Shown: piece by piece, positions 13,620 through 22,700 of the stretch
How the letters are laid out: the number at the start of each line of letters is the position of its first letter
Position numbering within the stretch: position 1 is the stretch's first letter
Virus record (IMG/VR): IMGVR_UViG_3300025513_000049
Location: 1-26,433 of that record
Source of the DNA: a virus
Lineage: Duplodnaviria > Caudoviricetes
Length of the DNA: 26,433 nt
Reading direction: 5' to 3' (one strand)
The notes under the pieces: model-generated
Seen by the model: only the letters and a program-made list of their open reading frames with translations
Told to the model about the DNA's origin: nothing
Database searches by the model: none
Translations under genes and position numbers: made by a program

Positions 13620-15497
13620 ATGGCTGCTGCGGGCCGTAAGGCTGGTACTGTTGCCGAGGCTAAAATCTTGTTCCTTGAGCAGTTACAGTCCGGTATGACT
13701 ATTAAGGCCGCGACTAATGCTACTGGCCGTAATATTACGACGTATGAGCGTTGGCGTCGGGATGATCCTGAGTTTGTGTCGGCGGTTGAACGTATCCGTA
13801 ACATGAGGAACGTGTCTGGTGTACGTACGGGTGTTCACATGTCGTTCCCGGAGTTTAGTGAAAAGTTTCTTGGTGCCCGCGTTTTTCCTCACATGCAGAA
13901 TGTGGTGGACATGATTGAGGGTGGGAAGCCTTCGTGGGTTCATCCTAGTATGACCCATGAGGGTGGGGAACCTGACCTTATTATTGCGAACATGCCACCA
14001 GAACACGCGAAGACTACGAGCATAACAATTAATTATGCTGTGTACCGGATTGCTATGGACCCTAACGTTCGGGTTTTGATCGTTTCGAAGACGCAGAGTA
14101 TGGCGAAGAAAATGCTTTTCGCTATCAAGACTCGTTTGACGCATCCCCGCTACGCAGACATGATCACCCAGTACGGTCCGGTGGGTGGTTTCGATAAGGA
14201 TGCTGAAGCGTGGAATCAGGACATGATCTACATTTCTGGTAATGCCCGTGACAGTGGCGAGAAAGACCCCACTGTGCAGGCTCTTGGTATTAGGGGCCAG
14301 ATTTATGGTGCCCGTGCCGACCTCATTATTTTGGATGATGCTATTGATAGTATTAACGCCCACGATTATGAGCGACAAATAGATTGGATACAATCTGAGG
14401 TTGTCTCCCGAATTTCTTCATCAGGTGCCTTGCTAGTGGTTGGTACACGACTTTCCAGCAAAGACCTTTACTCAGAGTTACGTGACCCGAAAAGGTACCC
14501 TGATGAGGAATCCCCTTGGTCATACTTGGGTATGCCTGCCGTCTTACAGACAGACGAGGACCCCCTAAAATGGGTGACGTTGTGGCCTAAATCCAATCAG
14601 ATTGAGATTGGGGCTAAAGGGGCAGACACAGAACCAGACGAGGACGGGCTGTTCCCTAAATGGAACGGCACAAAATTATCTAAGAAACGCAAACGTATGA
14701 CACCGCGAGTGTGGAGCATGGTGTATCAGCAGCAGCAGGTTGCTGATGAATCCATTTTCACTATGGAGTCGTTGCGTGGAAGTATTAACGGTAACCGTAT
14801 GACTGGTCCTATGCCTAAAGGTATGGTGAACTGCCGACAGAATGGCATGGATGGTCTCATTATTATTGCTGGCCTCGACCCTGCCACTTCTGGGCACACC
14901 GCCGCCGTAGTTATTGGCCTAGATCATTACACGAACAAACGATACGTACTAGACGTGTACAACAAGGTGGGTACTACACCTGAAGAGATCCGGGATCTTA
15001 TCAAGAACTGGACTGACCGTTATGGGGTAGTTGAATGGAGAATAGAAAAAAACGGTTTCCAAGGGTTCCTTGTCCATGACCGCGAAATAAACCAGTATTG
15101 TGCTGGGCGCGGTGCAAGGATCATGCCCCATTTTACTGGCAACAACAAGCATGACGCCGATTTCGGTGTTGCTTCTATGACAACTTTGTGGGCAGGGTGG
15201 GAAGATAAACATCACCTTGTAGAGTTACCGTCCACTCACGGTTCTGAAGCAGCCAAAGCAATGGTAGAACAACTCGTTACTTGGTCGCCTAACGCACCTA
15301 AAGGAACGAAGACAGATATTGTTATGGCTTTGTGGTTTGCTGAACTTGGTGTTCGTGACCGTATCACGTTGCGGGGCAACTACACTAGGTCACACGTAAA
15401 GAACTCTTTCCTTACCCCGTGGGATAAATCGAATCAGATTACAGTTGACCTTGTTGACGCTGAAGCGCAGCAACGTTGGCAAACTATTGGTGTTTAG
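13620..15497 (+). CDS. terL: Terminase large subunit with N-terminal HTH domain
   Basis: Walker A MPPEHAKT, Walker B LIILDD, VVGT, YQQ, nuclease GLDPA and DIVMALW; SD GGAAAGG before ATG 13620. Confidence 0.95.
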   Translation: MAAAGRKAGTVAEAKILFLEQLQSGMTIKAATNATGRNITTYERWRRDDPEFVSAVERIRNMRNVSGVRTGVHMSFPEFSEKFLGARVFPHMQNVVDMIEGGKPSWVHPSMTHEGGEPDLIIANMPPEHAKTTSITINYAVYRIAMDPNVRVLIVSKTQSMAKKMLFAIKTRLTHPRYADMITQYGPVGGFDKDAEAWNQDMIYISGNARDSGEKDPTVQALGIRGQIYGARADLIILDDAIDSINAHDYERQIDWIQSEVVSRISSSGALLVVGTRLSSKDLYSELRDPKRYPDEESPWSYLGMPAVLQTDEDPLKWVTLWPKSNQIEIGAKGADTEPDEDGLFPKWNGTKLSKKRKRMTPRVWSMVYQQQQVADESIFTMESLRGSINGNRMTGPMPKGMVNCRQNGMDGLIIIAGLDPATSGHTAAVVIGLDHYTNKRYVLDVYNKVGTTPEEIRDLIKNWTDRYGVVEWRIEKNGFQGFLVHDREINQYCAGRGARIMPHFTGNNKHDADFGVASMTTLWAGWEDKHHLVELPSTHGSEAAKAMVEQLVTWSPNAPKGTKTDIVMALWFAELGVRDRITLRGNYTRSHVKNSFLTPWDKSNQITVDLVDAEAQQRWQTIGV

Positions 15498-15506
15498 GAG
15501 TAATTA

Positions 15507-17384
15507 GTGAATGAACTAACAGGTGGCAAGGGCACAGAAGATGTGCCTATGCGCGAACTTAGGGGCTTGTACACCCGCACCAAGACCCGTTTCACTGCCC
15601 GCGATACCCGTATGCAGAACGTTCTTGCTGTACGTCAAGGCCGTATGCGTGACGTTTTCCCTGCCCTGTTCCCTGAAGGCCCCTTCGATGGTGGCATTGT
15701 GGCGAACATGGTGGATGTTGCGGCCCGTGACCTGTCAGAAGTACTAGCACCATTACCATCTTTCAACTGTTCCTCATCTAAGATGACTAACGACACGGCT
15801 CGTGCTTTCGCTGAGAAACGCACACGTATCGTTAACGGTTATTTGGATAACAGCGGCCTGCAAATACAAATGTACACGGCGGCTGACCGCTACTTCACTT
15901 ACGGTTTCGTTCCCAGCATCATCGAAATTGATGACGATAACAAAATGCCAAGGATTCGTTTCCTTGACTCTATCGGTGCATACCCAATCTTCGACCGTTG
16001 GGGAATGATTACCGCTGGTTTCTTTTCTTTCTTCAAGTCCCGCGACGAACTCATGGTCATGTACCCCCACACTCGGGGTATCCTTGAGACTCCCGGTGGT
16101 GGAGGGGGCAACGATCTTATAGAGATTGTTCGCTACCACGACAAGCACGTTGATATGATCTTCATGCCCCACAAAGAAGGCATGATACTAGAATCAGTCA
16201 AGAACCCTGTGGGTGAATGCCTCCTAGAATGGACTCAACGTCCCGGTGTTGATGAAGAATCACACGGACAGTTCGATGACGTCCTAGCAGTACAGGTTGC
16301 TAAGGCAAGGTTTGCCTTACTGAGCCTTGAGGCCGCACAGAAAAGCGTACAGGCACCCATCGTGCTGCCACCTGACGCACAAGAAATGACGTTCGGACCT
16401 GACTCTATCATCCGAACTAACAGCGGTGACCGTGTACGCAGGGTAGCCCTTGAGGTTCCTTCTGCCGCTTTCGCCCAACAAGGTGTACTTGATCAAGAGT
16501 TACGGCAGGGTTCACGTTACCCTGACGCACGTAACGGTAACGTTGAGGGCAGTGTTGTTACTGGCCGTGGCGTTCAGGCACTCATGTCAGGCTTTGACAC
16601 GCAGATCCGTACAGGTCAAGCCATGTTTGCCCGCACCCTTGAACGTCTTGTTCGCAAATCGTTGATGCTTGACGACACACTGTTTGCTACTGTAAGCAAA
16701 ACTGTTCGCGGTAACGCCGACGGTACCCCGTATGAGGTGAAGTACCGCCCAGAAAAAGACATTGACGGTGACTACACTGTTGACGTTCAGTACGGTCTCA
16801 TGGCCGGACTAGACCCCAACAGGGCACTCGTGTTTGGTTTGCAGGCCCGTGGAGACAAACTGATTTCCCGTGACTTCCTTCGCCGCCAAATGCCTTTCTC
16901 TTTGAACGCCTCAGAAGAAGAACAACAAGTAGACATAGAAGAACTCAGGGATGCGTTGAAGCAGGCTGTCGCGGGTTACGCACAAGCCATACCTATCCTT
17001 GCACAGAACGGTCAAGACCCCGGAGAGATCCTTGCACGTCTATCCCAAATCATTATTGGTAGGCAAAAAGGTTTACCGATGGAAAAGATTGTCTCAGAAG
17101 CCTTCGCTCCTGAGCCTGCTCCCATGCTGCCGGGGGTTGAACAGTCAGGTGTTGATGACCCTAACGCTGAGATGCTGGGTCCCTCTGGCGAGGTTCCCCC
17201 CGGCGGTGATGGTAACGAACTACCGGGCCTAAATGATGCCACTGGTCAACTCCGTGGGGTTGCACCGGGACAGTCCGGCATGAGTCCGGGTGGTGCACCT
17301 GACATGCAAACCCTTCTCGCGTCCATGGGTTCTAATGGGCAACCTAACTTACAGGCTGGCGTTTCACGCCGCCTACCTATCTAA
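15507..17384 (+). CDS. Portal protein
   Basis: 625 aa directly after terL, helical core and Pro/Gly-rich C-terminal tail; SD AGGAG. Confidence 0.85.
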   Translation: MNELTGGKGTEDVPMRELRGLYTRTKTRFTARDTRMQNVLAVRQGRMRDVFPALFPEGPFDGGIVANMVDVAARDLSEVLAPLPSFNCSSSKMTNDTARAFAEKRTRIVNGYLDNSGLQIQMYTAADRYFTYGFVPSIIEIDDDNKMPRIRFLDSIGAYPIFDRWGMITAGFFSFFKSRDELMVMYPHTRGILETPGGGGGNDLIEIVRYHDKHVDMIFMPHKEGMILESVKNPVGECLLEWTQRPGVDEESHGQFDDVLAVQVAKARFALLSLEAAQKSVQAPIVLPPDAQEMTFGPDSIIRTNSGDRVRRVALEVPSAAFAQQGVLDQELRQGSRYPDARNGNVEGSVVTGRGVQALMSGFDTQIRTGQAMFARTLERLVRKSLMLDDTLFATVSKTVRGNADGTPYEVKYRPEKDIDGDYTVDVQYGLMAGLDPNRALVFGLQARGDKLISRDFLRRQMPFSLNASEEEQQVDIEELRDALKQAVAGYAQAIPILAQNGQDPGEILARLSQIIIGRQKGLPMEKIVSEAFAPEPAPMLPGVEQSGVDDPNAEMLGPSGEVPPGGDGNELPGLNDATGQLRGVAPGQSGMSPGGAPDMQTLLASMGSNGQPNLQAGVSRRLPI

Positions 17385-17394
17385 GGAGCAAACA

Positions 17395-18009
17395 ATGGCC
17401 GTAAAGCCTAGAGTTAAATACGACTCGGATGGTAACAAGTATGAGTGGAGCACAAAGTCCGGGACATGGGTCAGGACGAAGGGTGCTGTTGCCGTCAAAA
17501 GGGAAGAGGCGGCGGCCGCTAAAATAAAGAGCGCAAAAATGGTTGCCGACTACAAGAAGAACGACTCTGCCCGTGCAGCAATGGCGGCACGTAGAGCCAA
17601 AAATCAGCCTGCTAAACCTGCTACCACTACCTCCAGCGCAAAGAGCAGATTGCAGAAAACCACGAACCAGACTGCCAAAACCCAAGAAACAAATAAACCT
17701 AAAACTACTCCTACTTCCACAACCACACCTCAGCCAAGCGCGAGTGCTCCTTCTAGGGGTTCTAGTGCTTCTTCCAAGGCAAGTAAACCTGCCACTAAAA
17801 AGCCAGTCGTTTCCCAATCCAAAACCATGTACGTCAAGAAGGGCGACATGGTTAACGGCAAGGAAGTAAAGAAGGGTTACGTTGCACAGTACGGTAAGCC
17901 TGAACGTAAGGTTACTGGTGTGGTTAAACTTGTTGTTGACACTACCCGTGGTAAGGCTGGCTCTAAGGTTGAAGTTAAAAAGGGACGTTATAACAAGAAG
18001 GGTAAGTAG
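17395..18009 (+). CDS. Basic Lys/Ala/Thr/Ser-rich low-complexity protein
   Basis: ATG 17395 behind AAGGAG; 204 aa. Confidence 0.85.
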   Translation: MAVKPRVKYDSDGNKYEWSTKSGTWVRTKGAVAVKREEAAAAKIKSAKMVADYKKNDSARAAMAARRAKNQPAKPATTTSSAKSRLQKTTNQTAKTQETNKPKTTPTSTTTPQPSASAPSRGSSASSKASKPATKKPVVSQSKTMYVKKGDMVNGKEVKKGYVAQYGKPERKVTGVVKLVVDTTRGKAGSKVEVKKGRYNKKGK

Positions 18010-18010
18010 G

Positions 18011-18277
18011 GTGGCTTCCACCCCTGACCCTCGCTTAAAGAAGGCGGGTGTTACTGGTTTCAATAAACCTAAACGTACACCCAGCCACGCCACTAAGTCT
18101 CACGTTGTTGTTGCAAAGGAAGGCGATCAAGTTAAAACGATTCGCTTTGGACAACAAGGTGTTACTGGTGATAAGCAACCTTCCGCTAGGCAGGCTTCGT
18201 TTAAGGCTCGTCACGCAGCAAACATTTCTAAAGGTAAAATGTCAGCGGCTTATTGGGCCGATAAAGTCAAATGGTAA
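18011..18277 (+). CDS. Small basic phage protein (KSHVVVAK...IRFGQQG...SAAYWA type)
   Basis: 88-aa ORF starting 1 nt after the previous stop; motif pattern recognised from phage hypothetical proteins. Confidence 0.85.
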   Translation: MASTPDPRLKKAGVTGFNKPKRTPSHATKSHVVVAKEGDQVKTIRFGQQGVTGDKQPSARQASFKARHAANISKGKMSAAYWADKVKW

Positions 18278-18288
18278 AGGGATAAACA

Positions 18289-18408
18289 GTGGATAAAAAA
18301 CCAGCAAAAAAGGCCACGACTGCACCAAAGAAAAAAGTTCCTAAAGGTTCCCATATGATGCCTAATGGTTCAATCATGAAGAACTCAGCAATGAAGAAGA
18401 AGTATTAG
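18289..18408 (+). CDS. 39-aa Lys-rich microprotein with HMMPNG motif
   Basis: MDKKPAKKATTAPKKKVPKGSHMMPNGSIMKNSAMKKKY*; SD AAGGGA. Confidence 0.75.
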   Translation: MDKKPAKKATTAPKKKVPKGSHMMPNGSIMKNSAMKKKY

Positions 18409-18410
18409 TA

Positions 18411-18584
18411 ATGGCAGAGAAGAAGCCGTTTTGGGAAAAAAAGAATCCAAAGAAAACTTCCACTCCTTTAACTGCTGCACAAAAAAGCAACGCTAAGGCT
18501 AGAGCCAAGAAAGCCGGTCGTCCTTACCCTAACTTGGTTGATAACGCTGCTGCCAAAAAATCCTCATCAAGTAGAAAGAAGTAG
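18411..18584 (+). CDS. 57-aa basic microprotein (AGRPYPNLVDN motif)
   Basis: MAEKKPFWEKKNPKK...AKARAKKAGRPYPNLVDNAAAKK...*. Confidence 0.8.
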   Translation: MAEKKPFWEKKNPKKTSTPLTAAQKSNAKARAKKAGRPYPNLVDNAAAKKSSSSRKK

Positions 18585-18588
18585 CGGC

Positions 18589-18714
18589 ATGTGTATGTCT
18601 TGTGGTTGCTGGATGGACCCTGAAAGTAAAAGTGAACCGAACCATCCGGAGAATTCAACTGTAATGCCTAACGTTAAAACAACGGTAGGTCCTCTTCCTA
18701 AGAAAGGTAACTAA
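18589..18714 (+). CDS. 41-aa microprotein with N-terminal MCxxCGC
   Basis: MCMSCGCWMDPESKSEPNHPENSTVMPNVKTTVGPLPKKGN*. Confidence 0.7.
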   Translation: MCMSCGCWMDPESKSEPNHPENSTVMPNVKTTVGPLPKKGN

Positions 18715-18715
18715 C

Positions 18716-18829
18716 ATGGCAGCATCAGCACCAACACAACCGCCTCTTGACGGTCGCAACTCACCAAAGCCCGGAGATAAAGGACAGATCATGTTCAGTA
18801 CTAATCCCGGTGGAACTAAAGGTAAGTAA
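18716..18829 (+). CDS. 37-aa microprotein
   Basis: MAASAPTQPPLDGRNSPKPGDKGQIMFSTNPGGTKGK*; SD GAAAGG. Confidence 0.7.
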   Translation: MAASAPTQPPLDGRNSPKPGDKGQIMFSTNPGGTKGK

Positions 18830-18864
18830 AAAACTATTGTCGTTAAAACAAGGAAGGGTGCATA

Positions 18865-19155
18865 ATGAACGGTAAACCTGCAAGTAGGGACATTGGTATG
18901 CACATTTCTTGGGGTGACATCAGGTGCTCTGTTATCGCTGAAGGGCGCTCGTGGAGTCCTGATGTTGCCGACGATATGGTTAACCGCATGGGTGACTTGT
19001 GGGAAAACACTCTCCGCAGCATTTCCGATACCGGATACTTTGATGGTGAAGAAGAAGAAGAGGATGAAGAGGACGAGTACGGTCCCACTCCTAGTAAAGA
19101 ACTTATTGACCCGTACGTTATTAGACTGAGTGAGGATGGTGAGGTGAGTGGCTGA
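18865..19155 (+). CDS. Hypothetical protein with acidic tail
   Basis: SD AGGAAGGG; EEEEEDEEDE tract. Confidence 0.8.
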   Translation: MNGKPASRDIGMHISWGDIRCSVIAEGRSWSPDVADDMVNRMGDLWENTLRSISDTGYFDGEEEEEDEEDEYGPTPSKELIDPYVIRLSEDGEVSG

Positions 19156-19621
19156 AGGCCAAGGTGGTCCACGCACACCTCGTAACCCTGCACCCGTGAG
19201 CGCACCGGGTTCTATGTCTCGTCGTACTGACGGACAGGTTATGCCTCAAATGACTGGTATGCCTTACGGTGAGAACAGCGACTTTAACGAAATGCAGTCT
19301 TCCGCACCTATGAGTGCAACGAACATGCAAGGCCCACGACTCAAAGGTAAGAGCGCCCCCCCTGCCGGTATGGGTGGCGGTTCTAGTTCCACCCCTTTGT
19401 TTAGTGACACGCAACGACCTGACGAACCTGTTACTGCTGGTGCCCCGTTTGGTCCCGGTAGTGGTTCTCAATCAATAATGGGTTCAGTGGAACAATCTCG
19501 TTCCGACGCTTCCGCAATCAAAAAGTATCTTCCCGACTTGATAAGAATGGCTGAGAGTGAAGATTCACTAGACGGATTCAAAAGGTTCGTTCGCCATTTA
19601 AGAAACGTTCAGGGTTCTTGA
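19148..19621 (+). CDS. Pro/Gly-rich putative virion protein
   Basis: 157 aa; PAPVSAPGSMSRRTDG and RPDEPVTAGAPFGPG; SD GAGG. Confidence 0.85.
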   Translation: MAEGQGGPRTPRNPAPVSAPGSMSRRTDGQVMPQMTGMPYGENSDFNEMQSSAPMSATNMQGPRLKGKSAPPAGMGGGSSSTPLFSDTQRPDEPVTAGAPFGPGSGSQSIMGSVEQSRSDASAIKKYLPDLIRMAESEDSLDGFKRFVRHLRNVQGS

Positions 19622-19773
19622 TGCCTTCTTTACAAGAAAACATTGACGCTGTTGTCGGTGCTATCGGTACACAAAACATAGGTATCGTGTGGGGTTTGTC
19701 TAACGTTAAATGGTCGAACGTTCAAGACCGTGACGATTTTTTGCAAAACATTATCAACAGGGAAGGTGGGTAA
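19621..19773 (+). CDS. 50-aa hypothetical protein
   Basis: MPSLQENIDAVVGAIGTQNIGIVWGLSNVKWSNVQDRDDFLQNIINREGG*; TGATG overlap, abuts the next start. Confidence 0.75.
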   Translation: MPSLQENIDAVVGAIGTQNIGIVWGLSNVKWSNVQDRDDFLQNIINREGG

Positions 19774-22700
19774 GTGGCTGAAGATAAGAAGCCTAAAGGC
19801 CCAACAGCAGGTGCGCGACCTAAGAACTGGGTTGCCATCAAGTCCCTTTCCGGTGGCGTATCCTCACCCACAAATAGTACACTACAGGAAACTATTGGTG
19901 AGCCTAGAAACTTTCGGAACACTGCACCTATTTCTCGTCCTGACGCACCAGAGTTAACTGAAGGTTTACCTGAAGAAGCCCAAGACAACTCTTTCCTTGG
20001 CGGCTTCCTGAACCTGATGGACAGGGCTGTTCCTGACGACCTTGGTGGACTTATCCGTGGCGAGACTGGTTGGATTAACAACGTTCCTTTTGCTGGTGAC
20101 GCTTACGAGAACACTGCCGGTCGCGTACTTGGCACTGGCCTAGATGCTGGTTCTGCTGTTGTTAACGCAATGAACTGGGGCAGTGAGAAAATGAACCACC
20201 TTGGTGCCGCTGCCTTCTCAGCGTTACCCGGTGGTATAGAAACTTTGACGTGGGATCAGGCAAACGACATTAGTTTAGGTCAGGTTGTTACCGCCAACTC
20301 TGCCATAAACAACAATAGTTTTGGTGGGTGGCTTATCAACGTTGCCACGTTGCAGACTCCTTTCGCTTTGATGTCTGCGAAGAGTGAGAGCGACGACCCT
20401 AACAACGCCTTGTATTTAGAAAACTTCAATATCCTTAACAAGGAACAACGCGAAGCGGCTTTCGAGTCTGGTGGGCTTGGTCAAACAATGTCCGGTTACG
20501 CTGACGCCATTTGGATGGTTGCCGCTGACCCTACTATTATTGGTGGTAAAGCCAGCAGCATTCTTCGCATTGGAAGTAAGGTTGGCGAGTTCGGTGGTTT
20601 GAGTAACCAGTCGTTGCGTACCGCTAAGCAAGTGAGTTCTTTTGCTGACCGCAACACGGAGCAAGCAGCCATCATTGCTAAGTTTGGTGGGGACTACAAG
20701 GCAGCAATAAACAGTGGAGAGTTAAGCACTGAGGGTGTCCGGTTAGCGGACGCTCTTAATGGTACTGCTGATTCTTTGATTAACAGTGTCTACGTAAAAA
20801 ACTCTCCCCGCAAAAAAACCACTCTAGACATTCTCGCTAACGAAACTTCTATGAGTAACCCTGCTGAGGGCGCTCTTGTCCTTAACGCCATATCTGGTCA
20901 TGCTGACTCGTGGGTTAAGATTCGTGAAGTCAACAAGGACTTGTACGACAAGTTGAGCACTTCGATGAACCAAAACATTTTTGATCCAGTTCCCGGTTCT
21001 GCTGCGGCAGACAACATGGTTGGCGAAATCTCTGACATGACCACTGATCAGGCTAAGTTTGGTGACGAACTGATTGAGGAAGCAGAGAACGCCCGTGTTG
21101 CTGCGATTGCTGATGAAGCAGGAGTTATTGACGGGGCACCTCCTGTCGCGGATGAAGCATTGGATGTTTTCTCCGGTCAACTTATTGAACGTGGTGGCGC
21201 TAGGATTGGTGCGCCTCTAGTTCGTGCTGCTGGTGCTTACCGTCGTGGTGCAGCGTCAACTAACTTGCAACGTAACCCTCTTCGTAAAGTACAGGTGCCA
21301 CCCACGATTCCCGGCAATGGTCATCTTGTTTATGATGCTATCGAGAGGACAGCCAGTTCACGCCCAATCACTGCTATACGTTGGGTTGGTAAAGGCACAC
21401 CTAACGGCATCGTTGATGTTAAGGGTGGTGACGGCGAGAACAGTCACCGTGAGATTGCGAACTGGCTTCGCCGTTCATCAATCCAAACGGACGAGGCAAC
21501 CATTTACTTTAACGATTTTGTTGCTGCTCAAAGCCCAGCGGATCGTATCGCTGTTATTGACCGCATGGAACTTGCCTACGTTAAGACTGTTGCCACGAAG
21601 AAAAACATTACTCCTGAAGCGGCACAGGCAGTCTACGATGGTTACAAGGCTAAAAGAGCCATGACTTTAAGAAACATTTCTAAAACTAAAACAAAGTTTT
21701 ATGCTGATCCTGACACAGGCGAGATGATTAAAGTTCCCATGTTTTATGCTGAACTCGACGCAACCATACCAATGATTGACACAAAGATTTTTTCTCGCGT
21801 TGTTGGTGGACATCAAGAAGCCCTTCGCACGGTTGAGAATCTTACAGAACTTGCCGACCAAATAAACAAGGTGTGGAAACTTAGTGTTCTCATCCGTTTA
21901 GGTTACACGCAACGTAACATTGCAGAAGGTTTCCTTCGTGGTGTTGCAGTGTCCGGCATGATTATGGCTAACCCTCAAGCGTTCGCTGCGTTGCCTGCAA
22001 ACATTCTTCTTTCTGCTTCTGTTCGCCGTGGACTGAAAGGTGTCGCAACTCAAGAAAGAGTTCTTGTACAAGCGCGAGACAACCTTGATAATGCTCGTGG
22101 TGTTTTGAATCAGGTTTTCAAAGATGCTGGTATTGCAGCGGGAGTCAGTCTTCGTAACGACGCTGCTGCTTTAACCTCCCAAATAAGCAAACTTAAGAAA
22201 GTCAAAACCGTTGAGTCTGCTGCTCAAATAAAAAAACTTACCAGCAAACGTGACCGTTTACTAGCCAAGGCCAACAAGATTGAGTTAACAAAAACTCAAC
22301 CTCGCCTCGGTCAAATGAACGCGGCTCGCATAGAACAAAACGAAGCGATCCGTAAAGTTGATGAACTCTCTAAAGAGATCGAAGACGCTTTAACTGTTCT
22401 TCGCATTAAAGATTCTCGTCGTAAACTTCTTGGCAAAAAAGGTAACGTTGTTGCTAAGGACGCCAACGGCGAAGACATTATTTACGCTGGCGCTTTCGAG
22501 GGTCCCGCTGGACGGGCGGCACTGCTATCCTCTTCCGCTGACTCTACCGTACGTAACGTCTTCGAGGGTTCCTTTCAGTCTCGCATTAGTTCTAGGAATG
22601 CCCAGCACGACTACGACAAGATTGATCCTTCTAAGTTGGCACCGGCAGAAATGAATGTTTACTGGGCTGAGTACGCGGTTCGCATTAACCGTCGGTACGC

